A stretch of 31,720 bases of DNA from Pseudomonadota bacterium (GCA_015222985.1 JADFWI010000071.1:1-31720); one strand, 5' to 3'; positions 1-8,191 are shown, counted from the stretch's first letter. The notes: generated by a model not told the origin, from the letters alone. Translations and numbers: made by a program.

Positions 1-30
1 CACGTTCTTTGAACAAGATGATAGTCAGAT

Positions 31-122
31 GTTCGAAAAAGGCAAACCACTCGAAAGGGTGGGACGCAAAGCCACTGGCCTAAGTCCGAAGTTTTAAGGA
101 TAGGGTAGCAGGGTTGCCGAGC
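31..122 (+). ncRNA. Cyclic di-GMP-I (GEMM) riboswitch aptamer
   Basis: Hallmark string GGCAAACC-actc-GAAA-gggt-GGGACGCAAAGCC..GGCCTAA....GGTAGC.GGGTTGCCGA at 41-120. P1 can form between GTTCG (31-35) and CGAGC (118-122). The position equivalent to G20 of the Vibrio Vc2 aptamer is G. Lies about 60 nt upstream of the ATG at 184. Confidence 0.95.
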
Positions 123-183
123 AGATGCAGCGCCTCTTTGAAGCTGTGTTTTGCGCGGCCAAAGAAGTACTGGAGGTGCTGCA

Positions 184-3100
184 ATGTCACCACGATTTTA
201 CATAGCAAAGTCTTTACGAACCCGGGTTTTCAGTCTTTCCTTTTTTCGGTTTCTGTCCTTTGTCATTCTCCTCTCTGGTATCCTGGTATTTCCTCAAAAT
301 GCCTGTGCAGTAGAGGTAACATTGGCCTGGGACGCCAATGGCGAAGAAGACCTTGAAGGTTACAGGATTTTTTATCGCGAAGATGGCCAGAATCACGATT
401 ACGATAATCCGGCCTGGCAAGGCACTGCCACAACATGCACGATTTCGGGTCTGGATGACAATACGACTTACCATTTTGTGGCAAGGGCTTATGATACTTC
501 GGATAATGAAAGCACCGATTCCGATGAGGCCACATATCAGAGTTATACGCTCCTGTTAAGCACATCGTCAGACCGCTCAAACTCAGTGTCATTGCAGAGT
601 GAAACAGTGACTGGTAACATCTTTGTCTTCACCGGCCCTGATGAAGGTGTCGAGCAGGTGAGTTTTTATCTGGATGACCCGGACATGAACGGAGCCCCTC
701 GGCAGGTCGAAGAAGTCATCCACTATGATTTTGCGGGCACTGCCGGTGATGACTCTGCCAACCCTTTTGATACTACTCAGATCTCCAACGGGCAACACGA
801 GATCACCGCGTTCATCGAGTTGACGGCCGGTGGCAGTCGAACTGTGAGCGCTACATTTACCGTAGCCAACAGCACAAACACGCCGCCCACAGCCGACAAC
901 CAGTCCGTAAGTACCCATGAAGACATATCCGTGAGTATGACACTGACTGCCACCGATGTTGATGGAGACAGCCTTACGTACACGTTAGTCGACCAGACGT
1001 CGCATGGAACATTATCAGGCACGGCCCCCAACCTGACCTATTCGCCCGACGTGAACTACAACGGTTCAGACAGTTTTAGCTTCAAAGCTAACGATGGCCA
1101 GAGTGACTCGGAACTTGGCACTGTAAGCATTACGCTAACCGCCGTAAACGATGCCCCCGTAGCCAATGATCAATCTGTCTATACAGACGAAGACACGGCA
1201 ATTAGCGGTACTCTGGACGCCAGTGATGTAGATGGTGACGCACTCACGTATGTGCTTGTAACCAGTGGAAGCAAGGGCACGGCATCGGTAACCAATTCAT
1301 CAACCGGCGCCTTCATATACACCCCAAATCAAAACGCTAATGGTACTGACACCTTCACCTTTAAGGCCAATGACGGCACCACAGACTCGAACACAGCAAC
1401 GGTTACGGTGACTATTACTCCTGTAAATGACGCCCCCGTGCTTGACAGCATCGGCGCAAAGAGCGTAGACGAAGACTCGCTGCTTACATTTACCGTCACG
1501 GCAACAGATGCGGACGGCGACACGCTCACATACTCTGCCGGAAACCTTCCTACGGGCTCAAGCTTTGATGCTGACACACAGAGCTTTGCCTGGACCCCGG
1601 GCTACGGTTCTGCCGGAAACTATACGGTAACCTTTACGGTGACTGACAGCGGCACTCCGGCCCAGAGCGATTCCGAGCAGGTAACGATCACTGTGGGTGA
1701 CGTTAATAGACCGCCTACAGCCGATGCAGGTGACGAGCAGAGCGTTGACGAGGGAGATACGGTTACTTTGGATGGCTCAGGTTCATTTGATCCTGACGGC
1801 ACCATTTCTTACAGTTGGTCCCAGCAAGCAGGGCCGACCACAACATTGTCTGATGCATCGGCAGTCCGGCCTTCATTCACGGCTCCGGATGTTGAAGAGG
1901 ATGGCGCAACGCTATCCTTTCAGTTGACAGTGACCGACAATGGTGGACTCGAATCGACAGCCACCTGCATTGTGTATGTTTCCTGGGTAGACGACTCCCC
2001 TGCCCTCACCAGCCTGTCCATTAGCGGGTCGAGTTCGGTAGCGGAAAACAGCACCTCTAACTACACAGCCACGGCCACATTCAGCGACGGGAGCACTCAA
2101 ACTGTTACCGCAAGCGCTGACTGGAGCGAGGAGTCATCTTATGCCGGCATTAGCGGTAGCGGCGTGCTTTCCGCGTCAGAGGTAACTGGCGACGAGACAG
2201 TGACTATTACGGCAAGCTATACTTCTTCTGGTGTGACAAAGACGGATCAGAAGTTGGTGACGATCACAGATGTGCCGGAATCCAATCTTCCCTCTTCAAC
2301 ACCGGTTATCGCATCTCCCTACGACGGCCAGATGGAGTGTGACCTTATGCCGAGCATTACCACCGAGGCTTTCTCAGATCCTGATGGGGACCCGCAGAGC
2401 CAAAGTCAATGGCAAATCAGCAAACAAGAGGACATCTCGTCCCTGATTCTTGATATTACTACCACCGATCAGCTCGTAGAACTGCCCGTTCCCCACACGA
2501 TGCTTGAAGCAGACACGACATATTATGTGCGCGTCCGATTTTACGATGTACATGGTGAGGCCTCTGACTGGTCAGACACTGTTGAGTTCACCACCACTAT
2601 TGACGACAACGATGTTGACGGTAACGGTGTCCCAGACGATCAGGAAGTTGGCGACGATGTGGACCTCAATGAAGATGGCGTTGCTGACAACGACCAGCCA
2701 GGCGTCATCAAATGCGCACAATACGTTTCTAACAATGTCACCGTTGGCGTTGGCAAGGCGTCTAATTCCGTAACTGCCATAGAAAGCGTTGAAACGATTG
2801 AGCCATCAAGCGTTTTTGACAATCCCTTGGTAGAATTCACAACAGGGCGCAATATTATCAAACAAAAAAGCTTGATATTCGGACTGTTTTCCTATCGGAT
2901 TCGCGTGAACGAGCCCGGAGCTTCAGCTACGGTGAAGATTTATTTCTCGAAAAAGATTTCACCGGGTTCAATCTTCTGCAAATATGACACGGTCAGTGGC
3001 TGGCAGGACTACTCCGAACATACGATTTTTGAGAAAAATCGCAGGTCTATTACCCTGGAAGTCAAAGACGGCGGCTATGGGGATAGCGATGGAGTGGCCA

Positions 3101-3423
3101 ATGGCATCATCCTCGATCCAGGTGGAATTGCCGAAACAAGCAGTGGAGAGGATGGATCTGCCTTGAGTGGTGACACAAGCATTGGATGTTTCATTAATAC
3201 TGCCGGATTTGACTCAGACTCATGTGAGGAGTCCAGCAAAATCGTCGGCTCATGTGAGCCCGTTATGCGACTAATAGTAGTCCCTCTGGTAGGAATCAGG
3301 TATGTTCTTGTTAATGCTTTTGGGACGACCGGCACCGTAGCCGGACTCCTGCTCGCAGCGTTGTTTCTGGCTGGCTTGCTACGGAACCATGGCAGGTTAC
3401 TCTCAGGAAGTCAGGAATCATAG
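184..3423 (+). CDS. Large secreted/surface protein (putative adhesin): signal peptide, FN3, Ig-like domain, 2 cadherin-like Big_9-type repeats, putative-Ig, PKD/REJ, BIG_2-like, FN3-like, DxDxNG Ca-binding repeats, choice-of-anchor U domain, CFI-box-like C-terminal membrane anchor
   Basis: ATG at 184 with GGAGG at 172-176 (the ORF track starts at TTG 151). Hydrophobic signal ends QNACA. FN3 'VTLAWDAN..DLEGYRIFY..TTYHFVARAYD'; 'NTPPTADNQSV.T.ED..LTATDVDGDSLTY' type repeated twice; 'NRPPTADAGDEQSVDEGDTVTLDGSGSFDPDG'; 'ITLEVKDGGYGDSDGVANGIILDPGG'; 'GCFI' then a hydrophobic helix and a basic residue. Confidence 0.9.
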   Translation: MSPRFYIAKSLRTRVFSLSFFRFLSFVILLSGILVFPQNACAVEVTLAWDANGEEDLEGYRIFYREDGQNHDYDNPAWQGTATTCTISGLDDNTTYHFVARAYDTSDNESTDSDEATYQSYTLLLSTSSDRSNSVSLQSETVTGNIFVFTGPDEGVEQVSFYLDDPDMNGAPRQVEEVIHYDFAGTAGDDSANPFDTTQISNGQHEITAFIELTAGGSRTVSATFTVANSTNTPPTADNQSVSTHEDISVSMTLTATDVDGDSLTYTLVDQTSHGTLSGTAPNLTYSPDVNYNGSDSFSFKANDGQSDSELGTVSITLTAVNDAPVANDQSVYTDEDTAISGTLDASDVDGDALTYVLVTSGSKGTASVTNSSTGAFIYTPNQNANGTDTFTFKANDGTTDSNTATVTVTITPVNDAPVLDSIGAKSVDEDSLLTFTVTATDADGDTLTYSAGNLPTGSSFDADTQSFAWTPGYGSAGNYTVTFTVTDSGTPAQSDSEQVTITVGDVNRPPTADAGDEQSVDEGDTVTLDGSGSFDPDGTISYSWSQQAGPTTTLSDASAVRPSFTAPDVEEDGATLSFQLTVTDNGGLESTATCIVYVSWVDDSPALTSLSISGSSSVAENSTSNYTATATFSDGSTQTVTASADWSEESSYAGISGSGVLSASEVTGDETVTITASYTSSGVTKTDQKLVTITDVPESNLPSSTPVIASPYDGQMECDLMPSITTEAFSDPDGDPQSQSQWQISKQEDISSLILDITTTDQLVELPVPHTMLEADTTYYVRVRFYDVHGEASDWSDTVEFTTTIDDNDVDGNGVPDDQEVGDDVDLNEDGVADNDQPGVIKCAQYVSNNVTVGVGKASNSVTAIESVETIEPSSVFDNPLVEFTTGRNIIKQKSLIFGLFSYRIRVNEPGASATVKIYFSKKISPGSIFCKYDTVSGWQDYSEHTIFEKNRRSITLEVKDGGYGDSDGVANGIILDPGGIAETSSGEDGSALSGDTSIGCFINTAGFDSDSCEESSKIVGSCEPVMRLIVVPLVGIRYVLVNAFGTTGTVAGLLLAALFLAGLLRNHGRLLSGSQES

Positions 3424-3441
3424 AGCGCTGGATGATCGTCC

Positions 3442-3489
3442 AAGCAACTGACCCCGCACAAGAAGCAATCGGGGTCAGTTGCTTTTTTT
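3442..3489 (+). terminator. Intrinsic terminator after the adhesin gene (possibly bidirectional with the convergent AI-2E gene)
   Basis: Perfect 15 bp stem AAGCAACTGACCCCG (3442-3456) / CGGGGTCAGTTGCTT (3470-3484), 13 nt loop, running into a T tract. Confidence 0.9.
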
Positions 3490-3497
3490 GCGAGCCC

Positions 3498-4601
3498 TCA
3501 AGTCTTTCTCATGAAGGTTTCATAACTTGAACGATAGATACTGGTAAGAGTCAAAAATGCTGTGATGACCAGGGGACCGTATATAATTCCCAAGATCCCG
3601 AAGACCTTTAGGCCACCCAGAACGGAAAGAATGACCAGGAGTGTGTGCATCTTAACCTTGTTTCCCACGAGTCTGGGTTTGACTACATATTCTATGGTAG
3701 AGGAAATAACCAGGAAAAAAACGATGAAGAAAATACCTGCTGCTATCCTACCCTTCAGGAACAGATAGATAGAAGCCGGAATAAAGACAGCGCCAATGCC
3801 CGCAATGGGGAAAAACGCCAGTATGGCCATGATTGAGCCCCAAAGGAAGGGCGAACCTAGACCAAACAGAACAAAAACAACGCCTCCCAGAGTTCCTTGA
3901 ATCAGCCCTGATATACCGTTTACTACAAGGACTACCGAGGCCATGGCATGGAATTTGTCCATGAGTTTTCTGTCTTGATCCTCAGGAAGCGGAGAAAGCT
4001 CTATAAAGAAAGCGATAAGATCTTTGCCGTCAATTAACAAGAAGAAGATGATCAGGAGCATAAAGGCAAAGTTAATGACAAACTTCAAGACGTTTGTAGC
4101 AACGGTGCTCACTTGCTCGTAGAGAAACAGGCCGACGAACCTTCCAAGCTCGGACAGGCCCTTGTTGAGGTGCTCAACGCTTAGCTTGATGTCAAAGTTT
4201 GCAAGAATGCCTTCGATACGTCCCACAATTTGGCTGTTCTGCAAGAGTTCCTTAAAATCCTGGTTTATGGCAGCATTGGTACCCATGACATACAGGTTGT
4301 ATGCTTCCTTGGAAAGGGCGCCTATTATGAACACCAATGGCACAAAAACCACCAAAAAAATAATTGTACACGTGATCAGAGAAGAAAGTACTGGCCGCAT
4401 CTTCTTGGCAAAGAAGCTGTAGACCGGATAGAAAATACCAGTCAACACAAAGCCAAGGACCAGAATAGACACAAAGGGCCACAGGACTTTGCCCACAAGA
4501 AAGATAGTAATCAGGAATATGATGATGAAGTACCTGAATATCATCTGTGTGGAGGCTTGTTCAGGCGTTTCATGGCCCAGGTTCTTATCCATGGTAGTCA
4601 T
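3498..4601 (-). CDS. AI-2E family transporter (PerM/TqsA-like permease)
   Basis: 367 aa, multiple TM helices. Family motifs 'ISSTIEYVVKPRLVG', 'LSVLGGLKVFGILGIIYGPLV' and 'FFPIAG'. The start may be the second Met (4592). Confidence 0.92.
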   Translation of the reverse strand: MTTMDKNLGHETPEQASTQMIFRYFIIIFLITIFLVGKVLWPFVSILVLGFVLTGIFYPVYSFFAKKMRPVLSSLITCTIIFLVVFVPLVFIIGALSKEAYNLYVMGTNAAINQDFKELLQNSQIVGRIEGILANFDIKLSVEHLNKGLSELGRFVGLFLYEQVSTVATNVLKFVINFAFMLLIIFFLLIDGKDLIAFFIELSPLPEDQDRKLMDKFHAMASVVLVVNGISGLIQGTLGGVVFVLFGLGSPFLWGSIMAILAFFPIAGIGAVFIPASIYLFLKGRIAAGIFFIVFFLVISSTIEYVVKPRLVGNKVKMHTLLVILSVLGGLKVFGILGIIYGPLVITAFLTLTSIYRSSYETFMRKT

Positions 4602-4609
4602 CCTTCCAC

Positions 4610-5293
4610 CTATTTTGGCCGTCTTCTCTCAAGGCTCCACGCAAGGAGACTCGTGACAATGAAGGCCAGAATCCCTGCCATGGCCGCGCTGCGCCACGGC
4701 GTTTTTCCCTTCATCAGACTCAAGGCGGGTACGAATATCAGTATCCAGCAGGCAATGTGCCACGGCTTTACAAGGCCGGCAACGGATCTCCCTACAAGCC
4801 TTTCCCAGCTTCTACGCAAACTTCCTCTCTGGATCTCCCTGACAAGCTCCTTTGCCTCAAGATCCGTATGAATTGAATATCCTTTATCTTGCTCAATATT
4901 GTGGTCATAATGTTCCCTTTTCTCCAACGATCCATCCACTCTCCAATACGTCCACGTGCCATCTCTTTTGCCGATAACCCAGTGACTTTCAAGCGCCTTT
5001 TGGCCGCTGCTATGCCAGTCTGTCCACTTGCCATGCATCTTTCCATAGAGGAATTCGCCCTCCGTAATCCTGGCTCCGTTTTCGGTCCACTTCATCCAAA
5101 TACCGGTTTTTTTCTCTTTTGTGTATTCCCCTTCTAATTGCTTCTGTCCGTTCTTGTACCAGAACACCCATTTTCCATGCCGTTTTCCTTCAAGCAGGCA
5201 GCCCTTCGCATAAATGGATCTTGGCCGCCAAAAACATGGCCCCCTTGACCAATAGAACGTGACTTTTTCAGGCTTTGGCATTGTTCCGTTCAC
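4610..5293 (-). CDS. MORN-variant (YwqK-like) repeat protein with two C-terminal TM helices
   Basis: Repeats 'GKRHGKWVFWYKNGQKQLEGEY', 'KKTGIWMKWTENGARITEGEF', 'GKMHGKWTDWHSSGQKALESHW', 'GKRDGTWTYWRVDG', then two hydrophobic segments. Confidence 0.8.
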   Translation of the reverse strand: MNGTMPKPEKVTFYWSRGPCFWRPRSIYAKGCLLEGKRHGKWVFWYKNGQKQLEGEYTKEKKTGIWMKWTENGARITEGEFLYGKMHGKWTDWHSSGQKALESHWVIGKRDGTWTYWRVDGSLEKREHYDHNIEQDKGYSIHTDLEAKELVREIQRGSLRRSWERLVGRSVAGLVKPWHIACWILIFVPALSLMKGKTPWRSAAMAGILAFIVTSLLAWSLERRRPK

Positions 5294-5294
5294 A

Positions 5295-5837
5295 CTAATG
5301 AAAACTCAGTTCAAGTTTGCTGACATTGCCTACTCCCAGGCTTCCAAGGGATCTGTATTTGGGCGGGATGCTCTTTGTCGAAATCCATGACTCACGGTCC
5401 GGATCATACTTGAAGTACAATAAGGTTGTATATCTGAACACGGGCACACCAGGTATTCGGTAGCGAACCACCAACTTCATGTAACAGTGTTCCCTTTGCT
5501 GGATTCCACCAGCAGGGCCAGGGATATCCGGGACCTGCAACCTGACAGGAGTTGCCTCGGATTCAACCCTCTGGTGGATTTCAGGCAGGTTGGCCAACAA
5601 TGCCACCTGGCCGGCCCAATACCAAAAGGCGTCCACTTTGTATATGACCGCATTCAAGGTTCCTTGGTTCCTGACATGGATGCCGGCGCAGTCAGGAACG
5701 ATTATAATGACAGGTCGAGAAATCCCAAAATATCCCAGTACGACGAGGAGGAGGAGTAATATGCAGCCGCCACCAATCGCCCCTTTCTTAGTGAGGTTTC
5801 GGAGCTTTTCCTTGAAATAGTCTACCTCCTTACTCAT
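5295..5837 (-). CDS. Hypothetical single-pass membrane protein with a beta-rich extracytoplasmic domain
   Basis: 180 aa; basic N-terminus then TM 'GGGCILLLLLVVLGYFGI'. Overlaps the upstream methyltransferase stop by 8 bp and ends 1 bp before the next gene. Confidence 0.7.
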   Translation of the reverse strand: MSKEVDYFKEKLRNLTKKGAIGGGCILLLLLVVLGYFGISRPVIIIVPDCAGIHVRNQGTLNAVIYKVDAFWYWAGQVALLANLPEIHQRVESEATPVRLQVPDIPGPAGGIQQREHCYMKLVVRYRIPGVPVFRYTTLLYFKYDPDRESWISTKSIPPKYRSLGSLGVGNVSKLELSFH

Positions 5838-6465
5838 GATACCGTTCTACCCTGTCGTTTTTTACAGCTACCAGGATATAGAGCCGGGGCTCATCAATCA
5901 GATCTTGAATCTCGAATCCATAGGGCTCAAACAAGTCTTGAGCCTCCGATCGCTGCGGAAAATCATCCAAAGGGAAAGGGGACTTCTCTTTCAATGAGTC
6001 AATAAACGATTTGCCCATAGGATGACTTATCACCATGCGCCCATTTAGTTTCATCATCCGGCTAACATTGGCAATACTGCTGTCTTTGTCCACAATATTG
6101 GGATAACAGGCGTTCATCATGACTACATCAATACTCTCGCTAGAAAGACTTATGTTCCGGACGTCCGCAGCAATGGCAAGTGCATACGGATAGTGTTTTC
6201 TGAGGTGCACCAACATAGCCTCCGAAAGGTCACAGGCAAATATCGTCCGTGGTTGATAAGCCCGGATCAACGGAATCAGTATGCCTGTGCCCGAACCTAC
6301 ATCCAGAACAGTCTCTCCTTTGTTGATCCTGGCTGAAGCCACAATCTTTTCCAAGCGTTCAGGCACGCCTTCGGGCAGAGGCGGATCAAAGACGTGGATA
6401 AGGCCGCTGAAGAAATCCCGTTGGACCTGATTGATTCTCCTGATTTCGTCCTTAGTCGGCTTCAT
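5830..6465 (-). CDS. Class I SAM-dependent methyltransferase
   Basis: Motif I 'VLDVGSGTGIL', motif II 'IFACDLSEAML', and 'ADV..ISLSSESIDVVMMNACYP'. Confidence 0.9.
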   Translation of the reverse strand: MKPTKDEIRRINQVQRDFFSGLIHVFDPPLPEGVPERLEKIVASARINKGETVLDVGSGTGILIPLIRAYQPRTIFACDLSEAMLVHLRKHYPYALAIAADVRNISLSSESIDVVMMNACYPNIVDKDSSIANVSRMMKLNGRMVISHPMGKSFIDSLKEKSPFPLDDFPQRSEAQDLFEPYGFEIQDLIDEPRLYILVAVKNDRVERYHE

Positions 6466-6477
6466 GCCCGAATCCGT

Positions 6478-6834
6478 TCACAGGAGTCCCTTTTCCATGA
6501 GAAAACTCATAGTCCTGTGACTGATTGTTGCGGATTGGCTGATAGCACGCGAAAAGCCATCCATGGCACCGGCGGAAGCGTTTGAATCGACCATGGTCAG
6601 ACCATTGTCGAGTTCTTCTCGAATGTTCGCCCATTCCTCTTGCGGTGAGACCTTGTGGGCCAGTCCGATGTCTTGATACAAAGATCTCAAGAAAGTGGAA
6701 AAGACTTTGTTCGCCCCTCCTTTTTCACTATCCGAAAGCCCCTCAATCACCATGGCCAGTTGCGAAGCCACTATGAGGCTGGCCTTCATTCTTTCACCCA
6801 TCATGAAACCGAGGATCGCCTCTTTCTCTGTCAT
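6478..6834 (-). CDS. Hypothetical all-helical protein (~118 aa)
   Basis: In line with its operon neighbours. GGGAGG precedes the ATG at 6834 (track start 6846). No family recognised. Confidence 0.7.
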   Translation of the reverse strand: MTEKEAILGFMMGERMKASLIVASQLAMVIEGLSDSEKGGANKVFSTFLRSLYQDIGLAHKVSPQEEWANIREELDNGLTMVDSNASAGAMDGFSRAISQSATISHRTMSFLMEKGLL

Positions 6835-6860
6835 GTGCCCTCCCATCGTCGTTGCTTCGT

Positions 6861-7679
6861 TCAGGAGTCAAAAAGATCCTTTTCAGCCCGACGTGTTTCT
6901 TTAACAAAGACCTTGACTTTCTCATAGTCCTTTTTGAATCGAACAGGTTGTCCATTTCCATCTCGTGCGTTGGTTCTTGTGCAGCTATCTACACCAAAGG
7001 GTTTGACAGCCATTACCCCTTCATAGACATTCTCTGGTGACAGTCCGCCAGCCAGAATGACAGGGATTGAACTCGACTCAACAAGCCGACCGGCCGATAT
7101 CCAATTGCACGTGAATCCTGTGATGCCCAAATACCCTTCAACCGGCTCATTGCCAAGCCACGTGTCGGTTAGAAAATAATCGCTTGCGGCCTCAAAACAT
7201 CTGGCGATTTCCAGTGTCGGAATCCTCTCAATGCTTGTTGGGGTGGGAATGGGAACAGAGCGCATAAGCTCAATTCTTGGGAATCGCTCTTTTATTGAAA
7301 TCTGAAGTTCAACAAGAGCCTCCCAAGGCATCCTGCCGCCTTGGGCAGTATACAGAGATTCGCAAAAATGTACAATATCCGGCTCGTAGTATTCAATGGC
7401 CTGAAACAACACGTCTTTTGTATCAAATAGCGGAATCAGACTGTGCTTCACCCGACTTGCCTTTGAGACAAGGATTGCCTCCTTTACGGCCGGCGACTTC
7501 CAGTCTTTCTCGGAGAGGATAACACTTCCAATGCGGTCAACACCAAGCTCGATAACTCCCTCGGCCTCCCTGGGATCCTGTATCTCGTAGATCTGAACGG
7601 CGATTCTTGTTTTTTTCATTGCCGGAGGCCGTTTGGGTTTCAATCTCGCAACCTGCAATCCAGAATTTCCTATCGCCAT
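6861..7679 (-). CDS. Phosphoribosylanthranilate isomerase (TrpF)-like TIM-barrel protein with a divergent active site
   Basis: 'PVILAGGLSPENV..GV..VKPFGVD', 'YFLTDT', 'PDIVHF', 'GVDRIG' match the TrpF fold. N-terminal 'VQIYEIQ' replaces 'VKICGIT'. Alternative start ATG at 7619. Confidence 0.75.
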   Translation of the reverse strand: MAIGNSGLQVARLKPKRPPAMKKTRIAVQIYEIQDPREAEGVIELGVDRIGSVILSEKDWKSPAVKEAILVSKASRVKHSLIPLFDTKDVLFQAIEYYEPDIVHFCESLYTAQGGRMPWEALVELQISIKERFPRIELMRSVPIPTPTSIERIPTLEIARCFEAASDYFLTDTWLGNEPVEGYLGITGFTCNWISAGRLVESSSIPVILAGGLSPENVYEGVMAVKPFGVDSCTRTNARDGNGQPVRFKKDYEKVKVFVKETRRAEKDLFDS

Positions 7680-8008
7680 CCACCGAGCAAATGAAGATGG
7701 ACGTGAAAGATGGCCTGGCCGCCGCCCCGCTCCACATTAAAAAGGAGTTTGTATCCTGATGCGGCAATACCCTGGTCCTTCGCCGTCTCCTGACCCTTGA
7801 GAATCATCTGAGAGATGATCTCTTTGTCCTTATCCGTGACCTCATTGATACTTCGGATATGTATTCTGGGCACAATGAGCAAATGAACAGGGGCTTCGGG
7901 ATAGATGTCTTTAAATACGACCAGGGATTCGCCCTTGAATAAAAAATCAGCCGGTTTTTCCCCTCTGATGATTTGACAAAAAAGGCAATCCTTTTGCATA
8001 TTCCGCAT
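7670..8008 (-). CDS. Histidine triad (HIT/Hint) nucleotide-binding protein
   Basis: 'DCLFCQII', 'FKDIYPEAPVHLLIVPRIHI', and the triad 'GGGQAIFHVHLHLLGG'. Confidence 0.96.
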   Translation of the reverse strand: MRNMQKDCLFCQIIRGEKPADFLFKGESLVVFKDIYPEAPVHLLIVPRIHIRSINEVTDKDKEIISQMILKGQETAKDQGIAASGYKLLFNVERGGGQAIFHVHLHLLGGWR

Positions 8009-8071
8009 CCCTCCTCACCTGACAGCAATTATTGATCCGCTTCACATGACGACGTAGAGAATTATGGTGGG

Positions 8072-8191
8072 CGTTCACAGGTTCAGGGTTACCTTTCTTG
8101 CGTTGACCCGCCTGCGGCGGGATCAAACCACCAATCAACGGTTCAGATTTTGGGTAAACCCTGAACCCTTGAACTTCTGAATCCGTGAACG
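8072..8191. repeat. Intergenic palindromic element made of degenerate ~7-8 nt units (GTTCA../..TGAAC) around a GC-rich inner hairpin
   Basis: Left arm CGTTCACAGGTTCAGGGTTACC (8072-8093) is the reverse complement of the right arm GGTAAACCCTGAACC...CGTGAACG (8153-8191), which carries extra units CTTGAAC and TTCTGAATC. Inner hairpin TTGACCCGCC-TGC-GGCGGGATCAA. Confidence 0.75.

Noticed and set aside
31-122. Possible cGAMP-sensing GEMM-Ib variant, as in Geobacter
   Set aside because: The discriminating position is G (GGCAAACC), not A (ACTAAACC type).
151-183. TTG start at 151 for the adhesin
   Set aside because: It lies within the riboswitch expression platform and has no SD; ATG 184 has GGAGG and gives a normal signal peptide.
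4230-4871. 213 aa plus-strand ORF and other long antisense ORFs (e.g. 8283-8807, 21528-21914, 28790-29443)
   Set aside because: They lie entirely opposite well-supported genes and show no recognisable motifs; treated as shadow ORFs.
6861-7679. Calling this gene trpF
   Set aside because: The catalytic Cys motif is replaced and there is no trp context, so it is reported as TrpF-like only.
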